A model generated the notes under the pieces. That model was not told the origin of the DNA. It saw only the letters and a program-made list of their open reading frames with translations, and searched no databases. A stretch of DNA of 20,000 bases, taken from an uncultured virus (IMG/VR IMGVR_UViG_3300021404_000010) (lineage: Duplodnaviria; Heunggongvirae; Uroviricota; Caudoviricetes). Location of the stretch: the IMG/VR virus record IMGVR_UViG_3300021404_000010. The stretch is one strand, 5' to 3'. The position numbers and the translations under genes are program-made. The number at the start of each line of letters is the position of its first letter. Position 1 is the first letter of the stretch. Shown in pieces: positions 1 to 8,273 of this stretch.

Positions 1-263
1 GCGGTGAGGCTCGTGCCGCCGCCGGCGACCACGCCCACCACCACCGCGGGCGTCGCCCCCGCCGCGGGCGCTGCCTGCTGCGTCAGTGCCGGCGGCACGG
101 GCGCACGGACCGCGTAGCGCGGCACCGGCGCCGGGACCGCGGCAGGAGAGCGGAGAACCGGCGGGACGGGCTCACGGACGCGCGGTGGCCGCCGCGCGGG
201 TATCCGGAGGGCCCGCCCCGGCAGCGTCACGACGCCAGAGTCACGAACGACGACGAGCGGCAT
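1..263 (-). CDS. Partial hypothetical protein with Pro/Arg/Ala/Val-rich N-terminus (runs off the left edge)
   Basis: ATG at 263 overlaps the TGA of the wedge gene (TGATG). The frame is open to position 1: MPLVVVRDSGVVTLPGRALRIPARRPPRVREPVPPVLRSPAAVPAPVPRYAVRAPVPPALTQQAAPAAGATPAVVVGVVAGGGTSLT... Translated by hand; not in the ORF track. Confidence 0.65.
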   Translation of the reverse strand, partial: MPLVVVRDSGVVTLPGRALRIPARRPPRVREPVPPVLRSPAAVPAPVPRYAVRAPVPPALTQQAAPAAGATPAVVVGVVAGGGTSLT

Positions 264-784
264 CAGAATGTCCCTGCGTCCAGTGCGGTGATGCGGAAGT
301 CGGAGATATGCGCGACAGACTGTGACAGGTCGGCCGGCTGCATCTCGAGCGGCGTGCGCAAGCTGCCCTGGATGCCCAGCAGCATCGACCTGCCGCCAAG
401 CGAGACGCCAAGCGGCGGCACGGCGCCCGGCAGCTTCGCCGCCTGCAGGACGGCCACGCCGTAGGCCGTGTTGATCGTCATCGCCGCCGACCAGGTGCGC
501 GTGTTGGGATCGACCACCGAGTTGTAGGCGGAGATCGTCGTGACGTTCGGCGTCGTCTGCACGCGGTCGACCACGACGATGTCCCGCGTCGCCGCGGTGC
601 GCTCGCCGAGCACCTGCGTGTTCCAGGGCGTGCCATCGGTCTGATCAGCAAAATATTCCCCGAGATTGAGCCGCAGCCGCGTCATCACCGATTGCGCGAC
701 GCCCTCGGGCTGGTCGATCCAGAAATTGCTCTGGCCGTGGCCGAACGTCATATCCCCGTTCGCATCGAGGCGGCGATACCGCAT
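263..784 (-). CDS. Baseplate wedge / sheath initiator (gp25-like), with ~60-aa C-terminal extension
   Basis: MRYRRLDANGDMTFG...VAQSVMTRLRLNLGEYFADQTDGTPW...INTAYG matches the small wedge protein that follows the spike in DUF3383-sheath phages. TGATG coupling at 784. Confidence 0.85.
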   Translation of the reverse strand: MRYRRLDANGDMTFGHGQSNFWIDQPEGVAQSVMTRLRLNLGEYFADQTDGTPWNTQVLGERTAATRDIVVVDRVQTTPNVTTISAYNSVVDPNTRTWSAAMTINTAYGVAVLQAAKLPGAVPPLGVSLGGRSMLLGIQGSLRTPLEMQPADLSQSVAHISDFRITALDAGTF

Positions 785-1545
785 CAGGTGCTCCCATCGA
801 TGATATCGCCGCGCGACTGCAAGAATTGCAGCAGGTTCTTCAGTGCGACGTTGCCGTTATAGCTGCCGGTGATGGTCCCCTTTGCGACCGGCGCCGTGCC
901 GAGCACGCCGAGCTTGTTGCCGGTATCGCCCACCATGACGTTCTCGGCCTTCAGCGTGACCGCCTGATTGGCGCCATCGACAAACACCACGGCCTCGCCC
1001 GCGCCGTTCGCGTAGAGCGTGATCGCCTGGTTCTTGCCATCGACCTGCACGACGGTTTTCTTGTCGTCGCTGCGAAGCTGCACGGTATCCGGATCGACGC
1101 CGCCGGCCGGCAGGTTCGGCTGGCTCCGCACCCCGACATGGGCGACCGCATCGGTGATGTCGTGCATCCGCCAGTCGGACGGCTGCAGCGTGCCGCCATG
1201 CTGGAACCAGTTGTCGATGCTCCGCTCGCTGAAACTCAGCCAGCACTCGTCGCCCGGCTTGACCGGGAAGGTGAGCGTATGGCCACCGCCGCCCGGGAAA
1301 TGCACCGGCACGTCGTGGATCGGCGAGATGGACACCGGCTTGAGCGTGCCGTCCGTCATGCGCTGGATCGCCTGGATCGCCGGCTGCACGACCGCGGTGA
1401 CCGCCACCGCGTTGAAGCTGACGATGATGCCCGGCATGCCCGTGTGGATTTGCGCCTGTCGCCCGTCGAGTACGGTTTGCAGCGCCTCCAGATCATCGGC
1501 AGTGGTCTGCCGCAGGTCGAGCGTGGTGTTGGTATCGCCGCTCAT
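784..1545 (-). CDS. Baseplate central spike (Gp138/gpV-like, OB-fold N-terminus)
   Basis: IHTGMPGIIVSFN...VQPAI...DVPVHFPGGGGHTLTFPVKPGDECWLSFSERSIDNWFQHGG...RMHDITDA is the Gp138_N-type signature. ATGA overlap at 1542-1545. Confidence 0.9.
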   Translation of the reverse strand: MSGDTNTTLDLRQTTADDLEALQTVLDGRQAQIHTGMPGIIVSFNAVAVTAVVQPAIQAIQRMTDGTLKPVSISPIHDVPVHFPGGGGHTLTFPVKPGDECWLSFSERSIDNWFQHGGTLQPSDWRMHDITDAVAHVGVRSQPNLPAGGVDPDTVQLRSDDKKTVVQVDGKNQAITLYANGAGEAVVFVDGANQAVTLKAENVMVGDTGNKLGVLGTAPVAKGTITGSYNGNVALKNLLQFLQSRGDIIDGST

Positions 1546-1874
1546 GACATGACCCAGTAGAGATGCGAGCCCGTGCCGAGATCAGCGAAGGTCGGCACGT
1601 CGTCGGGGACGCCATCGGATTTCACCCATAGCTGTCCGCCGAAGTTGAGGTAGCCGAACTGCGCGAGCAGATCGGCGCCGGTGACCAGAGGAATGCCGCA
1701 GGCGATGGGGTTGCCCTGGTAGTCGTTGATGTCCATCACCCAGCCGCCGCCGCCGGCGCACGTCGAAGGCGCGTCGCGATAGGTGAACACCAACTGGTAG
1801 GTCGCGCCCGCGAGCGCGATGGTGAAAAACTGCGGCGTGCCCGACAGCGGGATTTCCGAGACCGTCCCGCTCAT
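1542..1874 (-). CDS. Small baseplate plug-like protein (DUF6983-like)
   Basis: EIPLSGTPQFFTIALAGATYQL...WVMDI...GIPLVTGADLLAQFGYLNFGG...PTFADLGTGSHLYW; 110 aa; expected position after the Dit-like gene. Confidence 0.8.
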   Translation of the reverse strand: MSGTVSEIPLSGTPQFFTIALAGATYQLVFTYRDAPSTCAGGGGWVMDINDYQGNPIACGIPLVTGADLLAQFGYLNFGGQLWVKSDGVPDDVPTFADLGTGSHLYWVMS

Positions 1875-2605
1875 GGCGTGGCCTTCTGTTGCTGCGAGCC
1901 CGTGATGTTGCTCAGCGTCGAGCGCAGCACCGGCGCCGGCTGCTGGTTGCCGGCATCGGTCGGCGGCTGGGTCGTTTGCGGGATCGCCTGCGCGTCCTGC
2001 GGCGGCGAGTCGGCCTCACCGAGATCGACAATCAAGACTTCTTGCATGTGGCATTCGAGGATCAGCGCATATTCGGTGTGATGGTCGTTGGCGACCGAGA
2101 GTTCGGTGATCACCACCTGCTGGGCGTTGGTGCCCTGGCCGTCATAGGTGCGCTTGCCGGTGATCAGCGTGAACGGCTGGCGAGCGGCCTGCAGCGCGAG
2201 CAGCTTCTGGTAGATGCCGTTGACCCGCTGCTCGGTGAACAGGCCGAGGACACTCGATCCGGTCGCGGCCAGGGAGGCTCCGCCGGAGATCAGGCCCGTG
2301 GCCGCCTGCACCACCCCCCCTACGATGTTGGAATTGCTCCACCCGCACCGCATCGTCACCGTGCGCGGCAGCATGAACATATGATCCGAGGCCGGCGAGC
2401 CCTTCGCCAGCGGATGTAGCGTCACCGTCGCCCGGTCGGAGAAGTGCTCCTCGATCGTCACGTCGGGAATGATCGCGCCGCCCGGTGTGCTGGCGTCGCC
2501 GATACTGCGCGGCAGGCGGATCCACGCCGGGATCAGCCCGGTCGCCGCCAGGGCTTGCTGGCCGACGCCGGCGGCGACCGATGCGCCAAGCAGGGCGCCG
2601 CTCAT
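1871..2605 (-). CDS. Dit-like tail tube initiator / baseplate protein
   Basis: PDVTIEEHFSD...VTLHP...GSPASDH...PRTVTMRCGWSNS...YQKLLALQAARQPFTLITGKRTY; lies directly after the tape measure gene. Confidence 0.8.
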   Translation of the reverse strand: MSGALLGASVAAGVGQQALAATGLIPAWIRLPRSIGDASTPGGAIIPDVTIEEHFSDRATVTLHPLAKGSPASDHMFMLPRTVTMRCGWSNSNIVGGVVQAATGLISGGASLAATGSSVLGLFTEQRVNGIYQKLLALQAARQPFTLITGKRTYDGQGTNAQQVVITELSVANDHHTEYALILECHMQEVLIVDLGEADSPPQDAQAIPQTTQPPTDAGNQQPAPVLRSTLSNITGSQQQKATP

Positions 2606-4689
2606 CGAAGCACGCTCGCGGTGTTGCGCACCAGCGTCTCGTTGACGCGGTTCTGTGCCAGCACCACGCGATGCGCGGTATCGGCACCATCCGTGCCCGG
2701 CGGCACCTGGATCGTGGTCTGCTGATGGATCGTCACACCGCCACCCCCGCCGTCGCCATCGCCGGCGGACGCGACGGAAGTGGCTGGCATCGTGGGTCGG
2801 CCGCCCAGCGCCATCTGCACGCCGCGATCGACCACACCAGGCGGCAAGCCGTGCCCGAGTTCGACGCGCGACATCGCCGTGACGATCTTCGCCATCAGCG
2901 CCGGATTGCCGGTGTCGATCGGCGCGTCCTTGTCGATGCCGACCTCGCGGGCAACGCGGGTGGCGTAGGCGGACGGATCATTGGCATCCTCGACCGGCGC
3001 CCAGCCATGCTCGCGTTTCCCGGTCGCCGGATTGACCCTTCCCGCGATCAGTTCCATCAGCGTGTTCTGACCGTGCCGCGTCTGATCGATCTGGATTTGA
3101 TTGACCATCGCGGCGACGCCCGATTCCCAGCTTTCAAAATGCCGGAACCCGCCGCCGCCCACGGGGCGCAAATTGCCAGGGTTGAGGTTGCGATCGCCGA
3201 CGGTGTTGCCGGTGGTCGTCGTGGTGCCGCCACCGCCGCTGGTCGCACCGTCGGAAGAACCAAACCCCAGCCAACCCCAGAACTGCTTGGCGCCCTGCTC
3301 GTGCAGCTTCTTGACCTGATCGGAATGGCCTTTGCCGAACGCCCAATCTTCGATCGAGTCTGACGCCTTATTCAGTTCGTCTTGCAGCCACGTCGTGATC
3401 AGTGCCGCCACGCCGACGGCGAGCGTCGAAGCGATCACGCCCGCGCCCGCGCCCGCGCCAGCGGCACCAGCGGCGGCTGGGGCGGCGAGGCCGAGCAGAC
3501 GGCCCAGGCGTCCCACCACGCCCCCCGCGGCGAGCGCGACGCCGATCGCTCCCAAGGCCGCGACGATCGACCACATATTGACCTTGATGCCGGCGACCTC
3601 GACGCACCAATCCTTGAACTTGTCAACGAATGACCAGTTGATTGCCGAGATGCCGCCGCTCTCCCAGACGGCATAGTCCTCGAGTATCAGCATCAGTGCC
3701 GACAGCGCCGTGATCCACGCCCCGATCGGCGAGCGCATCAGCGCGACACCGAACGCAATCAGCGCGCCCTCGACGATATCCAGCGCCGGTGCGACCTGGG
3801 TGAGCAGTTGGAAGATTTGCTGGAACCCGTCGATCACATGGCCGACGATATCGACCAGCCCGGTCATCGCGCCGAGCAAGAACGCCACCGCCGCGGCCGC
3901 CGCCCGCAGCAACGCGGTGATCTGCGGCAGGTGCGCCTTGATGACCTCATACAGGTGCTGGAGGATCGGCCCGAGCCGTTCCATCAACGCCGCGCTGAAC
4001 GCCTCGCGCATGGCGCGGAATTCGAGGCCGATCGCGCGGAACTGGTTGCTGACCTCGTAAGAGTTCTTCTTCCACCGTTCCATCGCCGCGGCGTTCAGGC
4101 CGACCGCCTCGTAAACCTCCTTCTGGATTTTGAGGAAGCGTTCCCAGTCGCCGCTGCTTGCGGCCAGCATCTCGCGCATGCTGAAGCCAAACGATTCTGC
4201 CCAGGCCAGCGTCTGCGCGAACTGATTCCGCTGTGCGTCGGTGCCGTGCATGAACTCATAGGTGCCGCCGTGCGCGCGGAACCACTCGCCAAGCTGCCGG
4301 TAGCGGTCCGTCGTATCGGTCGCCGTGATGCCCAGCGAGCGCAGTTGCGCCGTCGCCGCGCCGCCGAACCTGGCGGACCATTCGGAGAACCGCTCGAGGC
4401 CCTGCGTCGCTTCCTCGCCCGAGATGCCGAGGTTGGACAGCGCGAAGGTGGTCGCCTTGATGTCTTGGACGGACGAGCCCATCCGCAGCGACATCCAGTA
4501 GAACTTCTCGCCGACCTCGGCGAGCGAGCGCGACAGCGCGATCATCGCCGTCGTCAGCCCGACCAGTTCGGTCGCCAGCCCCTTGGTGCTGGTCGCGGCC
4601 TTGGTCAGCCCTTGCAGGAAACTCTGCTGCGAGGCGCCATCGACGACATAGCGGACCGAGACCAGGAATTCTTGCAGGGTATCGGCCAT
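2602..4689 (-). CDS. Tail tape measure protein with C-terminal lysozyme-like domain
   Basis: 695 aa. The MADTLQEFLVS start is typical of these tape measure proteins. Ala/Gly-rich helical body with hydrophobic stretches, a Gly/Thr linker, then RNLNPGNLR...F.HF.S.E.G..AM...WAP..D.NDP.AY...V...AM.RVE.G. Confidence 0.9.
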   Translation of the reverse strand: MADTLQEFLVSVRYVVDGASQQSFLQGLTKAATSTKGLATELVGLTTAMIALSRSLAEVGEKFYWMSLRMGSSVQDIKATTFALSNLGISGEEATQGLERFSEWSARFGGAATAQLRSLGITATDTTDRYRQLGEWFRAHGGTYEFMHGTDAQRNQFAQTLAWAESFGFSMREMLAASSGDWERFLKIQKEVYEAVGLNAAAMERWKKNSYEVSNQFRAIGLEFRAMREAFSAALMERLGPILQHLYEVIKAHLPQITALLRAAAAAVAFLLGAMTGLVDIVGHVIDGFQQIFQLLTQVAPALDIVEGALIAFGVALMRSPIGAWITALSALMLILEDYAVWESGGISAINWSFVDKFKDWCVEVAGIKVNMWSIVAALGAIGVALAAGGVVGRLGRLLGLAAPAAAGAAGAGAGAGVIASTLAVGVAALITTWLQDELNKASDSIEDWAFGKGHSDQVKKLHEQGAKQFWGWLGFGSSDGATSGGGGTTTTTGNTVGDRNLNPGNLRPVGGGGFRHFESWESGVAAMVNQIQIDQTRHGQNTLMELIAGRVNPATGKREHGWAPVEDANDPSAYATRVAREVGIDKDAPIDTGNPALMAKIVTAMSRVELGHGLPPGVVDRGVQMALGGRPTMPATSVASAGDGDGGGGGVTIHQQTTIQVPPGTDGADTAHRVVLAQNRVNETLVRNTASVLR

Positions 4690-5762
4690 CAGCCGACCCC
4701 CGGCTTCTGGCTGGCGGGATTGGCGGCGCGGGTGATGATCTCGGAATACCAGGGATTGCCGCGGGTATCGCCGTGGTGCTTCACCGACCAGACCCGAAAG
4801 ACGCCGTCAGAGTTGGCGATCATCATCTGCTGCTGGATCACCGGCACCGTGTCCGTGGCCTGCCCCTTGCCTGATTGCGACAGCATTTTCCGGGTGAGGT
4901 CGCTCTCGTTGATGTGGATCGCGGAGCCCGGCTGGATCGACGGATTGAGCAAGGTCATCACCGATATGCCGCCGTCCATATTCTGGTGCGGGATGCCGAT
5001 CATGCCGGTCTGCGAGTTGACCACGGTGATCGTCTGGGGCGGCGGGTCGTTCAGCGTTTGAAGGTTCAGCTTGCCGCTGCCATCGATGTAGCAGTAGCCG
5101 CCCGCGGTCTGCGTCACGTCGCGCACCACGTCACGCGGCGAGCCAAGGAGCGTGCGCGCCCGCGGCGATTTCGCGTCGCCCAGGTCGGTGATCTGGCCGA
5201 GCGTCACCTTGCCGGACGACACGCTGCCCTGCGCCGCCGACATCGCGTCGGCGCAGGCTTTGAGCACGTCGTTCTGGGTATGCCCGGCGGGCAGCGTGGT
5301 ATTGATGACCGCCTGATTGAGTGCCGGGTCGAAGTTGTTGGCATACATGCGCAGGTACGTATCGGTGGCGCTCTCCCGGCCGCGCTCGAACCAGATGATA
5401 TCGCCGCTGAACAGCATGCTGCCGCCCGGGTGATATCCGCTGGGGGCGCTCCCCTTGTAGTTCGGCAGCGCATAGCCGGCGAGCAGCGCGACGTTGGTGT
5501 ATTGCTGGGCGATCCGCTTCATCAGGTTGTCGGAGAGGTTGTAGACCGTCGCCGTCATCCGCCATGGCATCAGCGACGGGTTCATCTCCACCTCGAAGGT
5601 GAAGCGAAAATCCGACAGCGACAGCGCCTTGCCCTGCTGGGTCTTGCTCGCCGTGCTATGCCCGACGTCGATCGGGCCGCTATCGGCCCCGCTTCCGATC
5701 ACCAAGTCCCAGGCGCGGAGCCACAGCTTATTGTGTGGGGCGCTGCTTGATGGGTCGCTCAT
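4689..5762 (-). CDS. Baseplate hub protein (gp27/gpD-like), 357 aa
   Basis: Start reassigned to ATG 5762 (ATGA overlap). Motifs LWLRAWDLVIG, LSDFRFTFEV, ATVYNLS, LLAGY, LFSGDI, RGRESATD, SPRARTLLG, VNSQTGMIGIP, LLNPSI, HHGDTRGNPWYSEI. Confidence 0.85.
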   Translation of the reverse strand: MSDPSSSAPHNKLWLRAWDLVIGSGADSGPIDVGHSTASKTQQGKALSLSDFRFTFEVEMNPSLMPWRMTATVYNLSDNLMKRIAQQYTNVALLAGYALPNYKGSAPSGYHPGGSMLFSGDIIWFERGRESATDTYLRMYANNFDPALNQAVINTTLPAGHTQNDVLKACADAMSAAQGSVSSGKVTLGQITDLGDAKSPRARTLLGSPRDVVRDVTQTAGGYCYIDGSGKLNLQTLNDPPPQTITVVNSQTGMIGIPHQNMDGGISVMTLLNPSIQPGSAIHINESDLTRKMLSQSGKGQATDTVPVIQQQMMIANSDGVFRVWSVKHHGDTRGNPWYSEIITRAANPASQKPGVG

Positions 5763-5995
5763 CGGTTCCGCCTTTGCGCCTCTTGCCAGCGCCGCTCGTT
5801 CTCCGCCTCGACGTCGAGCGCGTGATGCGCGAGGGCGACGTGTTCGAGGTCGATGGTTCCGTCGAGCAGGCTCTCCATGCGGTAGACGCCGCGCAGCACC
5901 GGGCGCATGAGATACCAGTCGTCGTAGGTCAGATAGTCGGTGCCAGTGTCGGCGGCCGGGGTCCATCCCCGGTTTGCCTGATAGACAAAAAACCC
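5759..5995 (-). CDS. C-terminal part of the frameshifted tail assembly chaperone (gpT-like, DUF6889-like)
   Basis: The -1 frame relative to the chaperone is open from the slippery site to TGA 5759 and encodes YLMRPVLRGVYRMESLLDGTIDLEHVALAHHALDVEAENERR, typical of the ORF after the chaperone in this phage group. Confidence 0.75.
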   Translation of the reverse strand, partial: GFFVYQANRGWTPAADTGTDYLTYDDWYLMRPVLRGVYRMESLLDGTIDLEHVALAHHALDVEAENERRWQEAQRRNR

Positions 5996-6369
5996 CCGAG
6001 GTTGTCCTGCAGCACTTTGCCGGTGATTTCCAGAACCGTCGGCAGGTTGTCGAGATCCTCGAACATGAACGCCTTGGCGCGGGCGCTGAATATATCCGAC
6101 CACACCGGACCGCTCCCGTTCCCCGCCTGCTGACGCTGCACGGCGCCAGCGCAGGTCGCGATGACGAAATCCATGTCCTCGTCCTTCAGGCCGCTCAACG
6201 CTTCCAGAAAGCGCGAGACCTGCACGACGGGGTCGCTGCCATCGGCGCCCGTTTGCAGGGCGAGCATCGGACCGATGATCGGTCCGATCCGCTTGAGCAC
6301 ATGCATCTGCTGGAACGTGGTCAGCTTGCGCGCGCGGTAGAGGCGATCGTCGAGCGAGAACTCCAGCAT
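5929..6369 (-). CDS. Tail assembly chaperone (gpG-like), 146 aa
   Basis: Start reassigned to ATG 6369 (TGATG overlap with the tube stop). MLEFSLDDRLYRARKLTTFQQMHVLKRIGP...FMFED...VLQDNLGGF; follows the tube gene. Confidence 0.85.
   Translation of the reverse strand: MLEFSLDDRLYRARKLTTFQQMHVLKRIGPIIGPMLALQTGADGSDPVVQVSRFLEALSGLKDEDMDFVIATCAGAVQRQQAGNGSGPVWSDIFSARAKAFMFEDLDNLPTVLEITGKVLQDNLGGFLSIRQTGDGPRPPTLAPTI
5986..5997 (-). other. Programmed -1 ribosomal frameshift site (GGG GGT TTT TTG)
   Basis: In-frame X XXY YYZ heptamers G GGT TTT (5989-5995) and T TTT TTG (5986-5992). A GC hairpin CCGGGG-ATGGA-CCCCGG follows downstream at 5956-5972. Confidence 0.8.
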
Positions 6370-6824
6370 CAGGGGCTCCCGCTCGTGCCGTCGCCGAGGA
6401 TGCCGTCGATCATGCCGGCGTGGAACGCCCACTCTTGCACCCCGCCATCTTTGGCATAGTTCACGTTGGGCCACCTCTGAAACGCGCACTGCCGGCAACT
6501 GATCTGGTCGCCGCGCGCCGGGTCGGAGATGACGATCGTGTTGTTCCCCCACAGCGCCGAGGAAACCCGCTGCGCGTCGAGCATGACGGACAGCATCTGG
6601 TTGGTCGGCGAGGTTTTCAGGAAGCGCAACGTGACCGTGCCAGAGTTGCCGGCGTGCAGCGAGTGCATCACCGAGCCGTCGGCGCCGACGGTCATCGTGT
6701 TCTTCTCTTCCGTCATGGCGATGGAAATGCCCTCTTCGGCATTGCCGCTGCCATAGCCGAGACTGAAGCTGCCGCCAGGTCCGACGATGGTGGCAGCCAC
6801 ATCGATGAAGGAATATGTACTCAA
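6369..6824 (-). CDS. Tail tube protein (DUF3277-like)
   Basis: MSTYSFIDVAATIVGPGG...AEEGISI...NTMTVGADG.VMHSLHA..SGTVT..LKTSPTN...W.FHAG.ID..LG. TTG start with AAAGGAG RBS. Confidence 0.92.
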   Translation of the reverse strand: MSTYSFIDVAATIVGPGGSFSLGYGSGNAEEGISIAMTEEKNTMTVGADGSVMHSLHAGNSGTVTLRFLKTSPTNQMLSVMLDAQRVSSALWGNNTIVISDPARGDQISCRQCAFQRWPNVNYAKDGGVQEWAFHAGMIDGILGDGTSGSP

Positions 6825-6850
6825 GGCACGTCTCCTTTCGTGCTGTCAGT

Positions 6851-7999
6851 TCAAACCTGATCGACCATGGGGACGCCGGGCGCCTGGCTCTCCGCCCACG
6901 CTGTCGCGCCGCCGCGCAGCAGATTGGGATAACGCACGCCGCCGCTGTGCCGGATCACCGCGCCGCCGCCCTGTTTCAATCGGGTGAGGCCGCCGGTCAC
7001 CATCATCGCCAACTCCGCCGCGGTGCCGCCGTTGAGCCGAACGAAAGCATCGAAGGGCGCGTTCTCGTGGTCGTTGTGGTCGGGAGCGCCGCCCATCAGC
7101 CGCCCGCCGATATGCTGGCAGTCGATCGCGTGCAGCAGCCCGGGATGTTTGGTGGTGACGCTCTTGTATTTGCCGCCCGCCGGCAGCCCTTCCATGTCAT
7201 ACGGCGCGCCACCATGCCCGGCGCCGAACAGCCAACAGGAGTCGAACATCACCGCGCCCTGATCGACCGCGAGCACGCACGGCGTCATCGACTCCTTCGC
7301 CTCCCATTTGCATTGGCTGAACCACTGGTCCACGCCATTGTTGCCTTCCATCAGCAACATCACCGCGTTGTTCGGCGACGACTCCCATCTGCAGCCTCTG
7401 AAATAAAGATTGTTGCTGGTGTCGCTGCCGTTGGTGTTCGGGCTGTGCAGATGCATCATCGGCACGCCGAGCGGATAGCCGACGCGCTTCTCGAGTTCGC
7501 TCGCCAGCACGGCGGTCGGATTGCAGAACCCCCCGCCGACCCAACTGCAGTCCTCGATGCGGCCGTCCCAGGTATTATCCGTGTAGAGGTGGCAGACGTA
7601 CCAGCCCTGCCAATGCACGTTGAGCAGGCGCGGTTCATAGACCGAGACCATGCTGACGATGGGCTTGCTGAAGCCCCTGCCATCGAATTGCAGGTTCTCC
7701 AACTGCGGGCGTTCGATCATGTCGTGCGGATATTCGGTGTTCGGCACGCCGCGCAGCGGTAGGATGATGATGTCGCGGCTGCGGGTGATGGTGGTCCCGC
7801 CACCGGCGCCCGGATAACCTTGGCCTAGCAAACGGATCGGCTCGCGCGGCCACCTGATCTCGGTCTCGCAGATCCATTCACCGGCACCCAGCACAAGCTC
7901 GCGCGAGCCATCGTTCAGCGCGGTCTGGATGTGCTGACTGATCAGCGCGCCGGCGTCGCCTTGCCCTTTGGGGGATTCGTAGAATTTGGTTTGCGGCAT
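6851..7999 (-). CDS. Pectin-lyase-like right-handed beta-helix protein (putative polysaccharide depolymerase/binding protein)
   Basis: N-terminus GDAG...IQTALNDG...LVLGAGEW...IRLLGQG...GTTI resembles the Pectate_lyase_3 cap. Repeated stacking rungs LENLQFDG, IEDCSW, FRGCRWE, FSQCKWE, FDSCWL. CAGGAG RBS. Confidence 0.65.
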   Translation of the reverse strand: MPQTKFYESPKGQGDAGALISQHIQTALNDGSRELVLGAGEWICETEIRWPREPIRLLGQGYPGAGGGTTITRSRDIIILPLRGVPNTEYPHDMIERPQLENLQFDGRGFSKPIVSMVSVYEPRLLNVHWQGWYVCHLYTDNTWDGRIEDCSWVGGGFCNPTAVLASELEKRVGYPLGVPMMHLHSPNTNGSDTSNNLYFRGCRWESSPNNAVMLLMEGNNGVDQWFSQCKWEAKESMTPCVLAVDQGAVMFDSCWLFGAGHGGAPYDMEGLPAGGKYKSVTTKHPGLLHAIDCQHIGGRLMGGAPDHNDHENAPFDAFVRLNGGTAAELAMMVTGGLTRLKQGGGAVIRHSGGVRYPNLLRGGATAWAESQAPGVPMVDQV

Positions 8000-8015
8000 G
8001 TGGACTCTCCTGGGA

Positions 8016-8273
8016 TCAGGGGGGCGGCCGCGAGCGGCCGGACATGATGATCGCGACCAAAACGGGGATGGTTTCAGCCAGCCACTCGCGGAACAGCGAC
8101 GGCCACGGCCGGTCCCAGCATTCGGGTTGCAGAAAGATCGCGCAGCGCGCGGTGATAAGCACCACCAGGATCGACGGTGTGATGATCAGCACGGCGAGCA
8201 GCAGCATCGCCCACCTGGCCGGGTCGAACGGCGGCTTAGGCGATGGTGGCGGCGGCGTCGGTGACGACGACAT
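8016..8273 (-). CDS. Small membrane protein (holin-like candidate), 85 aa
   Basis: ATG 8273. Pro-rich N-terminus, hydrophobic segments WAMLLLAVLIITPSILVVLITARCAIFL and WLAETIPVLVAIIM, basic tail GRSRPPP. Overlaps the amidase stop. Confidence 0.6.
   Translation of the reverse strand: MSSSPTPPPPSPKPPFDPARWAMLLLAVLIITPSILVVLITARCAIFLQPECWDRPWPSLFREWLAETIPVLVAIIMSGRSRPPP

Noticed and set aside
5763..5966. Longer N-termini in the ORF track (4689-5966, 5929-6552, 14346-14987, 15118-15960, 11139-13481, 8236-8721)
   Set aside because: They overlap upstream genes extensively; internal starts with an RBS or stop-start coupling fit better.
5929..5997. Chaperone frame break as a pseudogene or homopolymer sequencing error
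   Set aside because: Position and sequence match the conserved programmed frameshift of tail chaperones, and both frames encode plausible products.
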